Assembly (NCBI GenBank): GCA_964016885.1
Contig: OZ024740.1
Coordinates: 302,250,001 to 302,314,000 of the forward strand
DNA: 64,000 bases
Reading direction: 5' to 3'
Source of the DNA: Eledone cirrhosa
Lineage: Eukaryota
Shown: piece by piece, positions 13,199 through 25,917 of the stretch
Numbering within the stretch: the first letter of the stretch is position 1
Layout: every line of letters begins with the position of its first letter
Program-made: the position numbers and the translations under genes
Notes under the pieces: generated by a model
Told to the model about the DNA's origin: nothing
The model's input: only the letters and a program-made list of their open reading frames with translations
Databases searched by the model: none

Positions 13199-16100
13199 GC
13201 AATAATAATAATAACGACAACAACAATAATAATATACATATTCATATATATATACACACACACGCACGCACATAAGCATATCTACACACACACACACACA
13301 CACAAACACACGATAGCAACTAACAGTGCTGCGATCGAATGTGGCTTTTTAGCCCAGCCAATGATCCAAAATGTCTTGCACAGAGTCGGCAACCAAAACA
13401 TTTACTGGGAATAGTCGGCTGTGGTTGGAGTTCGTGTACTTTTGCATGTCGCTTGAGTCCTCCTGCTGATTTACATTCTCTACCACATGTTTGGCAAGCA
13501 TGATGAGTAGCATCTCCAACAGCAGCCTGGTAGTCAACCACTGGTCTTACTTTATGACTGCGAAGATGACTTTCGAGTCCAGCTTTGCTTAGGCAGAGTC
13601 TCGCACAGACGCTGCATGTCAGAAACATAGGAGGACCCTCGCCGTCTGGAAGTGCAACAGCAATACCCTTCCTCACGTCCCGCTTTACTTTCTCGTGTGC
13701 GATTCGAGATGCCTCAAAGGCAACTTTTCCCTCATATACAGTCTTTCTCCATTTATTACGATCAGCAGCAATATTTTCCCATGTATCAGCAGAGATGTTA
13801 GCGTCTTTCAGAGAGGCCTTCAAGGAATCCTTATACCTCTTTTTTGGTTTATGTGGCGGTCGTTTTCCTTTAACCAACTCTCCATAGAAGAGTTGTTTTG
13901 GTATTCTAGAATCCTTCATCCTGGCAAGGTGACCACTCCAACGGAGTCGCTGCTTAAGCACAAGAGCTTCTATACTGTCACACATAGAGCTTTCCAAAAT
14001 CTCGACATCACTGATGTGGTCCCTCCAGCGAACGCCATGTATCCGTCTGAGACACATCTGATGGAAACGCTCCAATTGCTTAAGGTGGCGTCGATATGTG
14101 ACCCAGGTCTCGCAGGCATAAAGAAGACAAGAGAGTACACATGCCCTGTACACCTTTACCTTTGTCCTCCTGCATATGTCTCGCCGACCCCAGAGTCGCC
14201 TTTCTAGCTTTCCGAAAGCATCACTTGCTTTCCTAATCCTAAGTGAGATTTCACTGTCAAGGTTGCCGTATCGATTGACAGTGCTTCCCAGGTAGACAAA
14301 CTGATCAACCACTCCAAGTCGTTTGCCATACACATAGATGTTTGGCTCAGTGTACTGCCTACCAGGTGCAGGTTGGTACATGACGACGGTTTTCTTGAGA
14401 CTGACAGTCAAACCCAGGGCAGTGCAAGCGTCAGAAAATACATTGAAAATGTGCTGCATATCACTCTCTGTGTGCGCTACAAGATCGCAATCATCTGCAT
14501 ACAAGAGGTCTCTTATGACTGATGTAAATACTTTTGTCTTCGCAGCAAAGCGCCTGATGTTAAATATGCTGCCTGAGGTTCGATATCGGATGTAAACACC
14601 ATGCTCGCAATTCCTGAATGCAATACAGAAAACCATTGCAAAGTATATGGCAAACAGGGTCGGTGCTGGAATATCCCCCTGTTTCACTCCATTTTTTACT
14701 GAGATAGGCTCCGACATGTTACCTCCGACATTAACCCAAGCCTTCATGTCGTCATGGAAAGACCTAACTAAAGCAAGGAACTTATCAGGGCAACCAAGTT
14801 TCTGGAGAACCTTCCATAATGCATCTCTGTTGACAGTATCGAAAGCCTTTGTCAGATCGACAAAAACCTGATACAGATCCAAGCCCTGTTCAATGCACTT
14901 CTCCTGGAGCTGTCTAGCTGAGAAGATCATATCAGTAGTGCCGCGTCCAACACGAAAACCAGATTGACTTTCAGGAAGGACACAATCTGCAATGTGTGTC
15001 AGCAGACGGTCCAGAAGCACCCTACATAAAACTTTCCCCACGACAGAAAGCAATGATATACCTCTGTAGTTCCCACAATCATTCCTGTTACCCTTTCCCT
15101 TGTACAAGACCACCATTACTGCATCTCTCCAGTCCTCAGGCACGGATTCATTAGCCCATATCCTTCCAAACAGAGAGTGAAGATGTTGCAGGAGTCTCTC
15201 ACCACCATATTGTAGGAGCTCAGCATGTATGCCATCCATACCTGGAGATCTTCCACTGTTCAGCTTCGAAATAGCCACTGCAACCTCCACAAGTGTCGGA
15301 GGCTCTGCGAGAGCTACTTTCACAGGACTTTCCGGAATGAGATTGAGGAAATCTTCACTGACGACAGACGGCTGATTCAAAAGATCATCAAAGTGCTCCC
15401 GCCACCTTCGTAGAATTCCCTGTGAGTCACGAAGAAGTTCTTTGCCATCCTTGCTGCGAATCGGTGTCACCAGAGAAGAAGACGGTCCATAAACCTCACG
15501 CAAGAGACTGTACAACAGCTTTGTGTTATTGCAATCAGACGCAGTTTGTATCTCACCAGCCTTCTCACTCCACCACTGATCCTTCATCTGAGAAAGACTC
15601 CGCCTAACACGTGATTTTACATCCCTGAGCTCCTCATGCAACGTATTCCTCTCCTGTGGTCTTGCCGTCAAGTAGCGTGACAGAGCGCGCCTCTTATCAG
15701 CCAACAAGTCATCTATATGCACATCTTTCTCATTAAACCAGTCCTGATGTTTTCTCTGCACCAATCCCAGAACACGTCTGCCTACATCATAAACCGACTT
15801 TTTAAGGGTCGGCCAATCCTCACCAAGATCTGCAGCCTGCATCTCTTCTTCCAATGTCCTCTTCACATTTTTATCCTTAAGACGAGCAGCATTCAATCTT
15901 TTGGGCAGGGTAACACCAGGAGCCCGGATTTTACGTTTGGTGATTAGATTCACTTTTGCGCGTACCAGGCGGTGGTCCGTCCAGCACTCAGCTCCACGAA
16001 GAACACGAACACACCGCACATCCTGTCTGTCACGCATCCTGACTAGGACGTAGTCCAAAAGATGCCATTCCTTAGATGCAGGATGCATCCATGTGGTCTT

Positions 16101-16924
16101 GAATTTGTTCTTTTGTTGGAACATGGTGTTGGTAACACACAGATCCAGCTCCTCACACATCTGCAGCAAGAGCATACCATTGCTGTTACACTTTCCCACC
16201 CCATGCCTTCCGATTACATTCCATGTGTTAAAATCCCTACCCACTCTAGCATTAAAGTCACCAAGCACGATGACTTTGTCTGCCTGAGGGATATTTCTTA
16301 AAACACCTTTCAAGGCATGGTAAAAGGACAGTTTTTCTTCATCGACAGAATTCATAGTTGGAGCATACACACTCACCAGGGTAGCATATCTTCCCTCGTC
16401 CAGCGGAACTCTCATGGACATAAGACGCTCACTAATCCCCACTGGGAATTCTTCCAATTTATTCACCAGTACAGTCTTAACAGCAAATCCTACCCCAGCC
16501 TCTCTTCTGGTTCCTTCATCTCTTCCTTTCCAGAAGAATGTATATTCTCCACAAAATTCCGTAAGATGACCATCTCCAGCTAACCTCGTCTCAGACAAAG
16601 CCACGATGTCAAGATCGTAACGTCGAAGCTCCTTCGCAATAAGAGCGGTCCTTCGTTCAGGACGCTCCAAAGAATCCCTGTCAAGCAGCGTCCGTACGTT
16701 CCAGCAGCCAAGACTAAATGCCCTGTTTGGCTCTATTACAATGGCACGATGACGGGCGGGCCCAGGTTGTGATAACTTGGGGCCCCTGCCCTTATTGCCA
16801 ATGATCTTTTTTGTTCCAGAACCCAAATTGGCAATTATCTCGTTTACATTGTTCTGGAACATCATTGAATTGGAAAAAAAAAAAAAAAAAAAAAAGGGAG
16901 AAAAAAAAAAAAAAAGTAATAATA

Positions 16925-16959
<35 letters not shown>

Positions 16960-17262
16960 ACACTATTAATAATTATTAATGCACTCGTGCAATGCCTGTG
17001 CGTGACGAATATTTTTAAAGTGAGGAAAGACTGTGCACTGAACCAATCCCACTCTCTGAGCGACAGTAGCTATAACCCGAAAAGAAGAAAAGATCAACAT
17101 CATCGGTAACTACTGAGCCGCAGGTTTTTTATCGGAGTTAACCCAGTTTCCTGAGATGCCTTCTCCTAGAAGAATACCCTGACATGGGCTAGGGGTTCTT
17201 CACTCCCAGTGGTTTAACTGCGCGATCGGGCATCCAGCCCGATTATTTCTATGTCCCCGCGC
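13074..17262 (-). mobile_element. RTE-clade LINE with an intact ORF and a (TATG)n tail
   Basis: 5' UTR 16866-17262; ORF 13320-16865; 3' tip gtgcaatggccatactcgataacgagggggcagccatcat followed by (GTAT)n. Confidence 0.95.
13320..16865 (-). CDS. RTE polyprotein: APE endonuclease, reverse transcriptase and three C-terminal C2H2 zinc fingers (1181 aa)
   Basis: WNVRTL, ALSETR, LGDFNARVG, LDYVL, TDH; FVDLTKAFD, GVKQG, LYADD; fingers CSVC...H..SH, CQTC...H..VH, CRLC...H..QH. No stops. Confidence 0.97.
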   Translation of the reverse strand: MMFQNNVNEIIANLGSGTKKIIGNKGRGPKLSQPGPARHRAIVIEPNRAFSLGCWNVRTLLDRDSLERPERRTALIAKELRRYDLDIVALSETRLAGDGHLTEFCGEYTFFWKGRDEGTRREAGVGFAVKTVLVNKLEEFPVGISERLMSMRVPLDEGRYATLVSVYAPTMNSVDEEKLSFYHALKGVLRNIPQADKVIVLGDFNARVGRDFNTWNVIGRHGVGKCNSNGMLLLQMCEELDLCVTNTMFQQKNKFKTTWMHPASKEWHLLDYVLVRMRDRQDVRCVRVLRGAECWTDHRLVRAKVNLITKRKIRAPGVTLPKRLNAARLKDKNVKRTLEEEMQAADLGEDWPTLKKSVYDVGRRVLGLVQRKHQDWFNEKDVHIDDLLADKRRALSRYLTARPQERNTLHEELRDVKSRVRRSLSQMKDQWWSEKAGEIQTASDCNNTKLLYSLLREVYGPSSSLVTPIRSKDGKELLRDSQGILRRWREHFDDLLNQPSVVSEDFLNLIPESPVKVALAEPPTLVEVAVAISKLNSGRSPGMDGIHAELLQYGGERLLQHLHSLFGRIWANESVPEDWRDAVMVVLYKGKGNRNDCGNYRGISLLSVVGKVLCRVLLDRLLTHIADCVLPESQSGFRVGRGTTDMIFSARQLQEKCIEQGLDLYQVFVDLTKAFDTVNRDALWKVLQKLGCPDKFLALVRSFHDDMKAWVNVGGNMSEPISVKNGVKQGDIPAPTLFAIYFAMVFCIAFRNCEHGVYIRYRTSGSIFNIRRFAAKTKVFTSVIRDLLYADDCDLVAHTESDMQHIFNVFSDACTALGLTVSLKKTVVMYQPAPGRQYTEPNIYVYGKRLGVVDQFVYLGSTVNRYGNLDSEISLRIRKASDAFGKLERRLWGRRDICRRTKVKVYRACVLSCLLYACETWVTYRRHLKQLERFHQMCLRRIHGVRWRDHISDVEILESSMCDSIEALVLKQRLRWSGHLARMKDSRIPKQLFYGELVKGKRPPHKPKKRYKDSLKASLKDANISADTWENIAADRNKWRKTVYEGKVAFEASRIAHEKVKRDVRKGIAVALPDGEGPPMFLTCSVCARLCLSKAGLESHLRSHKVRPVVDYQAAVGDATHHACQTCGRECKSAGGLKRHAKVHELQPQPTIPSKCFGCRLCARHFGSLAGLKSHIRSQHC

Positions 17263-17585
17263 AAAAAAAAAAAAAAAAAAAAAAATTACTTATTGACACT
17301 TATACGTACGACATACACACACACGCATACATATGCGTGCACACAGCAACACTCACACACACAACAAACACACACACACGCTACTCTACTCACTTACACG
17401 CACACACACACATATATATATATATATTACCGTCATTACTGATACAAGATTACCAGATTATGTCAACTGTTGACTTTCAAGAGTTTGTATAGTTGAAGCC
17501 GATCGTATTACAGTCCAGTATTACTATAATTGCTTTACAGCATACATACATACATACATACATACATACATACACACATACATAC

Positions 17586-18222
17586 ATGATGGCTGCCCCC
17601 TCATTATCGAGTATGGCCATGGCACGATATACCATTATTAATAATTATTAATGAGTTCTATCGTGCAATACCTGTGAGTGAAGATATTTTTTAAAGTGAA
17701 GAAATACTGAGCACTGAGCCTATCCCATTCTCTGAGCGACAGTAGCTATAACCTGAAAAGAAGAAAAGATCAACATCATCGGTAACTACTGAGCCGCAGG
17801 TTTGATGTCGGAGTTATCCCAGTTTCCTGTGTTGCCTTCTCCTAGAAGAAGGCCCTGACAAAAGCTACGGGTCCTTTACTCCCAGTGGTTTAACCGCGCG
17901 ATCGGGTGTCCAGCCCGACTATTTCTATGTCCCCGCGCATATACATACACATGCACCGATGCATATATACATATACATACATATGTACATATACATATAT
18001 ATGTACATGTGTATATACATATTTACACACTTTTGGATGGCCGTTGACTCTTATGAGTTCTTCCGCCCTTTATCAGGTTTTGTTTTTTGTCCTGTTGGGT
18101 GTCCAAAATCACCCTCCTCACCAAGTAAACTTGGTGGGGTTGCCGGTTTAGTCGCCGACGACGCGACCATGCGACTGGTTCTACTTGGTTACATGCTACC
18201 AGTATCACTCAAGAGTGACCCA
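17586..18222 (-). mobile_element. Bipartite RTE derivative, family A, full length, with an internal TA/TATG tract
   Basis: Head, 5' UTR and 3' tip colinear with 7617-8145; (CATA)n on both sides. Confidence 0.9.
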
Positions 18223-18239
18223 ACATACATACATACATA

Positions 18240-19570
18240 CATCAACAGTGACATAGACCGCCTCTACTTGAAATGTAAGCAGGGAGGCAAAGGCCTAACA
18301 TCAGTCCAGACAGCATTTGAATATACACATCATATCCATCCGACAACATCTACGGACCTCGAAGCATAGGAGCCTGTCTCTCGAGCAAGTCTATCTGCAT
18401 GAGATAGATAAGATCATGAGATTTGGGGAGGAACTCCTTGATATTCCCTGTGTGATAATCAGAAACTCACACCCATGGAGGCTGCTCAACAGTACCACAG
18501 TGAATCCATTTATGAAAAACTTCATGTTTATCAGCAGAAAATCATGCATGGATATGTTGTCAGGAAGCTCCAGAGTGAGAGTAATATAGATTAGGAAAGT
18601 AGTCTATCTTGGACCAACAACCGCTATATTGGCTCCCACTTTGAAGGATACGCTCTTGCAATCCATGAACAGGAAATCAACACGAAATACCTAATTCACA
18701 AAGAGATATGGATGCAAGCAAAGTAGCTAGATGTGATAACTAGTGCATACTCTGTAGAAGTAGCATCGAAGATGTCACCCATGTCATAAGCATCTGCCCA
18801 AATATGTCATCGCGATAGTATCTACGTATAAGGCATGATGTAGTGGCCAAAACACTGTACAATGCAATCCCTAGAAAAGATAGCCCCGATGACAAACACA
18901 TTTAAAGCTACAGCAATGTGGAAGACATACATATACATAATATGAAAGAGTACTGGTGGAATGTTCCTGTAAAAACCACAATAAAGTGCAGGCATAACAG
19001 ACCAGATATTATGATATGGGACAGGGAAAAGAAGGCATGCACAGTTGTGGAAGTTAGCTGCCCAGCAGGTACCAATATAATATCAAAGATTAGCGAAAAG
19101 GAGAATATTTATGCAGAATTAATGCGAAATCTGCAGATACTCCACCGTGACTATACCTTTAGAGTTATGCCTGTGATTATTGGGGCACTGGGATATGTTA
19201 GTAACTGCCTCAATACAAATCTTGAGAATTTGGACTCACAGGAACAGAAAGAACAAAACTAGTTAGGAAATTACAAGCACAATCCATTAATGGAACAGTA
19301 AAAATATGTAAAATATTCCAAATATTTTGCATCTATTAACTGCATATACACATGTACAGATACAAAGCGTATGCACATGCACACATACAACTCACAAAAA
19401 TCCACATCCACACATACAATAACATCCATACCTGCACACACATGCATGCAGACATGCAGACATAACTACCTAGTTGATGTGTAAATTCCAATGAGAGAGT
19501 CTTGTATATATGTTAGAAACCGACTCTCTCTCTATTGGCAAAAAATTGTGAAATTATAAAACCAAAAGAA
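18240..19570 (+). mobile_element. 5'-truncated R4/Dong-type copy
   Basis: Matches 11719-13030 (INSDIDRLYLK.KQGG ... HNRPDIMIWDREKK...); starts directly after (CATA)n. Confidence 0.92.
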
Positions 19571-20654
19571 CATATATATATAAAACATACATGCATGCAT
19601 ACTTACATACATACATATAAGTTGTCACATGTGGTAATAAGAAATATCCGGATTAAAGTGAGAAAGAAATATAACAAAAAATACTGGTGAAAATGTAACA
19701 CCTTAAGAATAAATGAAGTTACCAGACCTTATATATTGTTTGTGGCCACAAAATAGAAACAGGCTCTATGGCACAAGTTAACTGAAAGCTTGGCATACAT
19801 GTGATAATGAAAATAAAAGACAAAGAAAACATTTATGGATCAATGCTAATGAGTCTGGAAATTCATTAGCAAGATTACACTTTTAAGCTTATATCCGCAG
19901 TGTTAGTACTAGTGCATCTGGGTCAATGTATGGATGAACATCAATTATTATTATTGAAGAAAAATCCAGGCCCTTATATGGTAGGTTACATATGATCATA
20001 ATATCTACGTCAATAGACATAATTTAAAACAATGAAGTGAAGCTAACGAAATACTGTTTCCTTTACTATAGATATGCAGTTGACATAACATATCTACCAA
20101 TATCTAATCACTGTCTGCACATGTCTGCAAGATCTTACTTTAGGTACCCTGGAACTTTATCAATTCTGCAAGTCTTATTGCAATTAAATGTCTGAAATTT
20201 AGAGGTCGAAACTATATTATTATTTTTTGTACGCAACAACAAAATTGCAGACTGTAAAGACGTAGAGAAGCAATTTCTCAGAAATATATGTATGAATAAT
20301 GATTTCTATTTTTTATTTAGCTCTAAGAAAAATATTGCGAAGGGATATTTTAGATTGGTTTGACCCATGAATTGGCATGGTGTTTATCATACTAACACTA
20401 GTGGCATATAAACTGGGAAATAAAGAAGAATACAATTAAATACAACAATCCATTTAAGCTAGCACTCAAATTTTCTTTGGCTATACCATTTTGCTGAATA
20501 ATATGAGCTTATCAATAATATGACAATATTAATAAGTTGGTTACTATTTCAGTTTTTGTGAGGATGGCTAAAATTACATTAAATCAACGTCCCATCCTTT
20601 TCCTATTTCAAATTAATTATAATGCATTGTTATTATTCCTATTATTATTATTAA

Positions 20655-21305
20655 TATGGTATGGATTGGCAGTATCGGTAGAGGGTCGGACGCCATGCTA
20701 AGACGCATAGAGTTACAGCCTTTGCCATTCTGAGTTCAAATCCCGCCGAGGTTAACTTTGCCTTTCATCCTTACGGGGTGGATGAAATAAAGTACCAGTA
20801 ATGCACTGGGTTAAATGCTGGCCTTGTTCCGAAAGTAGAAACAATTATTATAAAGATGGTATGGAGGGCGGTGGATTGGCAGTATCGGTAGAGGGTCGGA
20901 CACCATGCTTTGCAGCATAAAGTTACGCCCCTTTACGGTCTGAATCAAATCCCGCCGAGGATAACTTCGCCTTTCCTCCTTACGGGGTCGATAAAATAAA
21001 GTACCAGTAATGCACTGGTATAATTGCTGGCCTTGTGCTAAAAGTAGAAATAATTATCACACGGATGGTGGATTGACAGGATTGACAGTATCGACAGAGC
21101 GTCGGAAAACAATCTTTGTGGCGTAGAGGTGCGCCCCTTTACGCCTAGGTTAGCTTTGCCTTTCATCCTTACGTGATCGATTTAAATCGACCATTGTGCA
21201 TTCCTGGTGCTTTATTTTATCGATCCCGTATGGATGAAAATGCCTCGCTAATCTCGGTGGGATTTGAACTGAGAACATAAAGGGATGTAATTATATGCCA
21301 CAAAG
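20655..21305 (+). mobile_element. Cluster of tRNA-derived SINEs: three head-to-tail plus-strand copies, then one inverted copy (~21200-21305)
   Basis: Repeated ggattggcagtatcggtagagggtcggac...caaatcccgccgagg...aaataaagtaccag...gtagaaacaatta. Confidence 0.88.
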
Positions 21306-22249
21306 CATAATGCTAATAATAATAACATTAATAAGGATGGTGTGTTCGAAGAAATCAATATCAGTATTTATTTGAGTGCTACTTTATTTCATTATCCATG
21401 GTCCTGAAAGTTGAACATAACGGCATTTGATCTCAGAAAGTTAAAACAATATGACTATATAGAGTAAATCATACTGTCCGTCACTATATCGATTCTACCA
21501 TTAAGATTTGTGTGTAGATTCTAGAAATCGCATCATGAAACTGTATAAGCATAGCAACAGTGAATGGCGATTACCAAAATAGCTACACAGAAATATGGAT
21601 GCAGAAAAACTAACGTTGATGGATATTTCGGAAAGTATCTACAGTGAAAGCAAATGTACAAAATAGCCGCAGTATTGCTGTAAGATTATCCAAAGCTACA
21701 ACGCTTCTGACATTTGCACTAACCAGAAACATCGTAGCAGCAACACCACACCCACCAACAACAACTCCATCAATAACAACTGCAATGAAACATTCAGCAA
21801 CACTAACTAATACTACTACTATTACTACTACTAAATTAACACATAGCAACAACGGGAGTCGAAAAACTTTGCTCTAAAGGAACGATTTGTTAAACAACCA
21901 TCATTAAAATTGCCTCATATATGTATATGATTGTATGGGTGTATATGTATGTGTGAATGTGTGTGCGTGTGGGTGTAGCTATGTGGGCGTGTGACTCTTG
22001 GATTATGTATATATATATATGAATATGTACATATATCTATATATATATATGAATATATGTATACGTATATGTGTGTGTATATGTATATATATATATGTAT
22101 ATGTATGTGTGTGTGTGTGTGTGTGTGTGTTTTTGTGAGTGTGTGTATGTGTGTGTACTTGCATATAAGTGTTCATATTTAAAATGTGTGCGTCCTAATG
22201 CAAATGGCACTAGTAATAATCTAATCAATATAAATATTAGTTGGACACG

Positions 22250-22741
22250 GCGCCTTTGTACAGTTGTTCTAACTCCAGAGGTGTCTCCCAGATTTTCACA
22301 GTTATTTTTCATACTATTCGCCTAATAAAATGCTCATATGTGTTGGGACGCATGAACCCAGACACACATATATGCACATATATATATGCCACCACCCCTA
22401 CACACCCCACACCCTTCCACCACCTGTTTTATCCGCCTTTTAATTTCAGTTTATTTTGATCATGCTTTTATATTTAAATTTATTTCATTCCTTGTATTTT
22501 GATCATGCTTTATTTTTAATTTTATTTTTATTTTTTTTCATTCGCACCGTTTCCTTTCGCTATATGTCGCTCCACCACTCCCCTACACACCATTTGAACT
22601 CTGTTCCCACACACTTCTCACCTGAGGAAGGGCATATGCCCGAAACGTCGTCCCCCACCAACACCCCACTCTCCAGAGCGTGAAATTAATAAACATTCGT
22701 TGTACTGCCTCTCTGTTTTGTCCCTGTTCAAATTTTTCCAT

Positions 22742-22745
<4 letters not shown>
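22250..22745 (+). mobile_element. Decayed Penelope-like 3' end with an HHR-like core (22622-22652)
   Basis: YVLGRMNPD resembles the LGTLxPxGLN end of PLE ORFs. CUGAGGA A GGGC AUAU GCCC GAAAC GUC GUC; stem I not evident. Ends in (TA)n. Confidence 0.55.
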
Positions 22746-22783
<38 letters not shown>

Positions 22784-22824
22784 ATATTAATAAATGAAAA
22801 CTATATTTATAAAACCTTAATCAG

Positions 22825-22883
22825 TTTATTATATATATTTCAAGGGCGACCAAGTCAATCTTGGTGCGCTTTCATCAGATAAA
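22825..22883 (-). ncRNA. Minimal type I hammerhead in a short PLE-like tail between (TA)n tracts
   Basis: UUUAU CUGAUGA AAGCGCACCAAG AUUGA CUUGGUCGCCCUU GAAAU AUAU AUA^AUAAA. Confidence 0.8.
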
Positions 22884-22977
22884 ATACAAAATTTGTTTTA
22901 TAAATAGTGACGTAACCATGGAAAACAACCTTCATGGTTGAAAATTCGCTGGATAGTGGACATTTATTAAGGGTAAT

Positions 22978-23399
<422 letters not shown>

Positions 23400-24005
23400 G
23401 TCAGGTCACCAGTTGGTGCTACTGGTAACATGTATCCCAGTACAACCTGTCCCATGGTCGGGTCGTTGGCGACTAAACTGGCAACCCCACCAAGGTTTCT
23501 TGGTGAGGAGGGTGACTTTGGACATCCTGCAGGACTAAAAACAAAACCTGTCAAAGGGCAAAGGAGCTCTTAAGAGTCAATGGCCATCCAAAATCACCGG
23601 GAGAGATGACCCCTTAGCCTTTGTCAAGGCAGAATTCTAGGAGAAGGAAAACTCTGATATAACACCTGCAACCCTGATGGTATCCAATGATGTTGACTTG
23701 TTCTTCTTTTTGGTAAATATCATCTTGGTTAAGAGAGTGGGACTGGCTTTGTGCAGTGCCTTTGCTCACTATAAAAGCTTCACGGCACAGGCATTGCTTT
23801 GTATCTGGAGATCTCTCTGCACTTGTCGTCACATGGTACCATGGGCCCAGCACTATGTGTCAGTAATTGTCACAAGTGTAGTGTTTGTACCAGAGTTTTC
23901 AAGTCGCTGGCTGGACTAAAAAGTCACACTCGTTCAGCGCATCGGTAGGGGTTCTCCTACATGGATATAAAGTAGTGGCCGTACTCGAAAACGAGTTGGC
24001 AGCCA

Positions 24006-24008
<3 letters not shown>
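23400..24008 (+). mobile_element. Bipartite RTE derivative, family B, full length
   Basis: Structured head shared with family A, then a UTR segment, last-zinc-finger remnant and RTE-type 3' tip; matches 3426-3823. Confidence 0.88.
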
Positions 24009-24069
<61 letters not shown>

Positions 24070-24189
24070 CAGGAAAGAAGAGTGACACGGTTTGCTATAC
24101 AAAAAAGGTTTTTAATCTCATTGCTGACAATTGTTTCTCTGAACTTCATATAACAATTATTTGTTACCCCGTAATTGTAGGAATCGGGT

Positions 24190-25700
24190 TGATTGCCCCT
24201 ATCCGGGAAATGCCTCTCTAGTAACATTGTCTACAAATGTAAGGTTGTAACACCCACGTCCCGTAGGGCCTACATAGGGTTAACCGCCAATAGATTCAAG
24301 CAGCGTCTTTACATGCATACCCATTCTTTTCGTTACCCTCTAAGAAGGAATATGACGTCACTTTCAGCTTATATCTGGAGTCTAAAAGACAACCACACCC
24401 AATATAAGTTGCACTGGGAGATCCTAGCGAGGGCTAGATCGTATAACGGAAATAAAAGACCATGTTACCTCTGCACCGCTGAGGCCCTGGAAATACTCTA
24501 CGCCACAGACCACATCTTAAACAAAAAATCTGAGGCAATTTCGGCTTGTAAACATAAATTGCACAAAACTTTCCTGTATTACAGCCCCACGTTATACCCT
24601 AACGGATAGTACGATCTATACGTGGATATTTTACGTCTCGATGTGGGAGCTAAGTATATGTTTTGTTTATACCTTTACTTATTTGCATAGGTAAGTATAT
24701 ATTATCCGTATGTTTTGTGAAGGTACGTATACCTTCTCGTACGTATATTTGATTGTTATGGCGTATAATTTGTTTATATATTCTGGTACATATGGTTCGG
24801 CTATGTGTATACGGGAGTTTTGCGTCTGTGTGAGTATGCAGGTTCGTACGTATGTAGGGCGTGTGTATATGTGTATTCATGTTTTGGTTGACTTACGTCT
24901 CCGAACTTTCGTGTATTTACATGTAGGTATGTGTGTGCGCTTGTTATATACGTATTTATTTATTTATATACGTTTATATAATTATTTATTTATTTGTATA
25001 CACGCTTACGCACACACACATATTTATATGTGCGTGGTTTTGTTTACCTATGGTAAGTTTTTGCGTATGCTTGTGTATGTACGTTTCTGTTAGCGTGTAT
25101 ATATTTATTTACTTCTATTACTTCTGTATTGTATTTATTTACTTTGTTCTTAACTCCGTAGCAGAGATTCATTCGGTCTCCTAGTTAGAATTTAGTCTAC
25201 GACTTCTGCTATACCATTTACGTGGTTTTGTCTTTGCGTGCTATTGTTCTGCACGCTCCACATATGACGTATTATCTTCGTTTTTTTCGTTCATCGCCAG
25301 AGAACGTCTCTATGCACCACCTAAGAGAATATTAGTCTACGACCTCTATTATACCATAAACGTGGTTCTGTCTTTGCGCGTAATTGTTTTTCACCGCTCC
25401 TATTAATGACGTATTATATTCGTTTTTGACCGTTCTTAGCCAGGGAACGTTTCCACGAACCAAAGTATCGTCTTCCTGTCTTCCTCCGGTTGCAACGTTT
25501 TTTGAAATATCCACTTCTGCGTTTACAGGTTGACTTTGTTAGTTTCAGAAGATCCCGTTAAGGGTGAAAGCAGCGATTCTTTGCTTAAACTTTAATCTGT
25601 TATTTTAATAAATATTTGCTCTACGGTTCTTATATATTTGATATATATTTATCCTTATCGAGCCCTCTTTAGATTTTAGTCTTCAAATTTATTATTATTA
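24190..25700 (+). mobile_element. 5'-truncated Penelope-like element (GIY-YIG + long 3' tail with a decayed HHR near 25546-25575)
   Basis: GIY-YIG ORF; cagaaga t ccc gttaa ggg t gaaa; ends in (TA)n. Imperfect direct repeat at 25193-25320 / 25333-25455. Confidence 0.75.
24193..24609 (+). pseudogene. GIY-YIG endonuclease domain of a Penelope-like element (no true start)
   Basis: CPLSGKCLSSNIVYKCKV...YIGLT..RFKQR...H..SFR...LSAYIW.LK...CYLC..E...LNKKSE...CKH. Confidence 0.88.
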
Positions 25701-25701
25701 C

Positions 25702-25734
<33 letters not shown>

Positions 25735-25736
<2 letters not shown>

Positions 25737-25917
25737 GAACAAGTAGGACCCCGACGGCTGAGCTCAAGCCGTTTCGACGGCTAATTCTGGACGTCGAAAC
25801 GACTTGAGCTCAGCCGTCGGTGTCCTACTTGTTCCTATTACCCACTCTACTACCCTAAGTATTGAGTACTTTGGTGCGTAATGGTCCATCTGGTTCCTTA
25901 CCACATTTCCTTCGTTA
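25735..25917 (+). mobile_element. Short fold-back element (hairpin 25735-25836 + tail into (TA)n), probably an extremely truncated PLE tail
   Basis: ~45-bp arms; tail homologous to 56693-56854 (-); cgaaacg near the fold. Confidence 0.7.

Noticed and set aside
20655-21060. tRNA genes
   Set aside because: A and B boxes are present, but no cloverleaf was evident and they continue into a SINE core and tail.
23440-23485. Canonical HDV-like or twister ribozyme at the RTE head
   Set aside because: ACC/GGU and CUAA-ACUGG resemble HDV parts, but no P1 3' strand fits, and the twister loop consensus is absent. Kept only as an unassigned structure.
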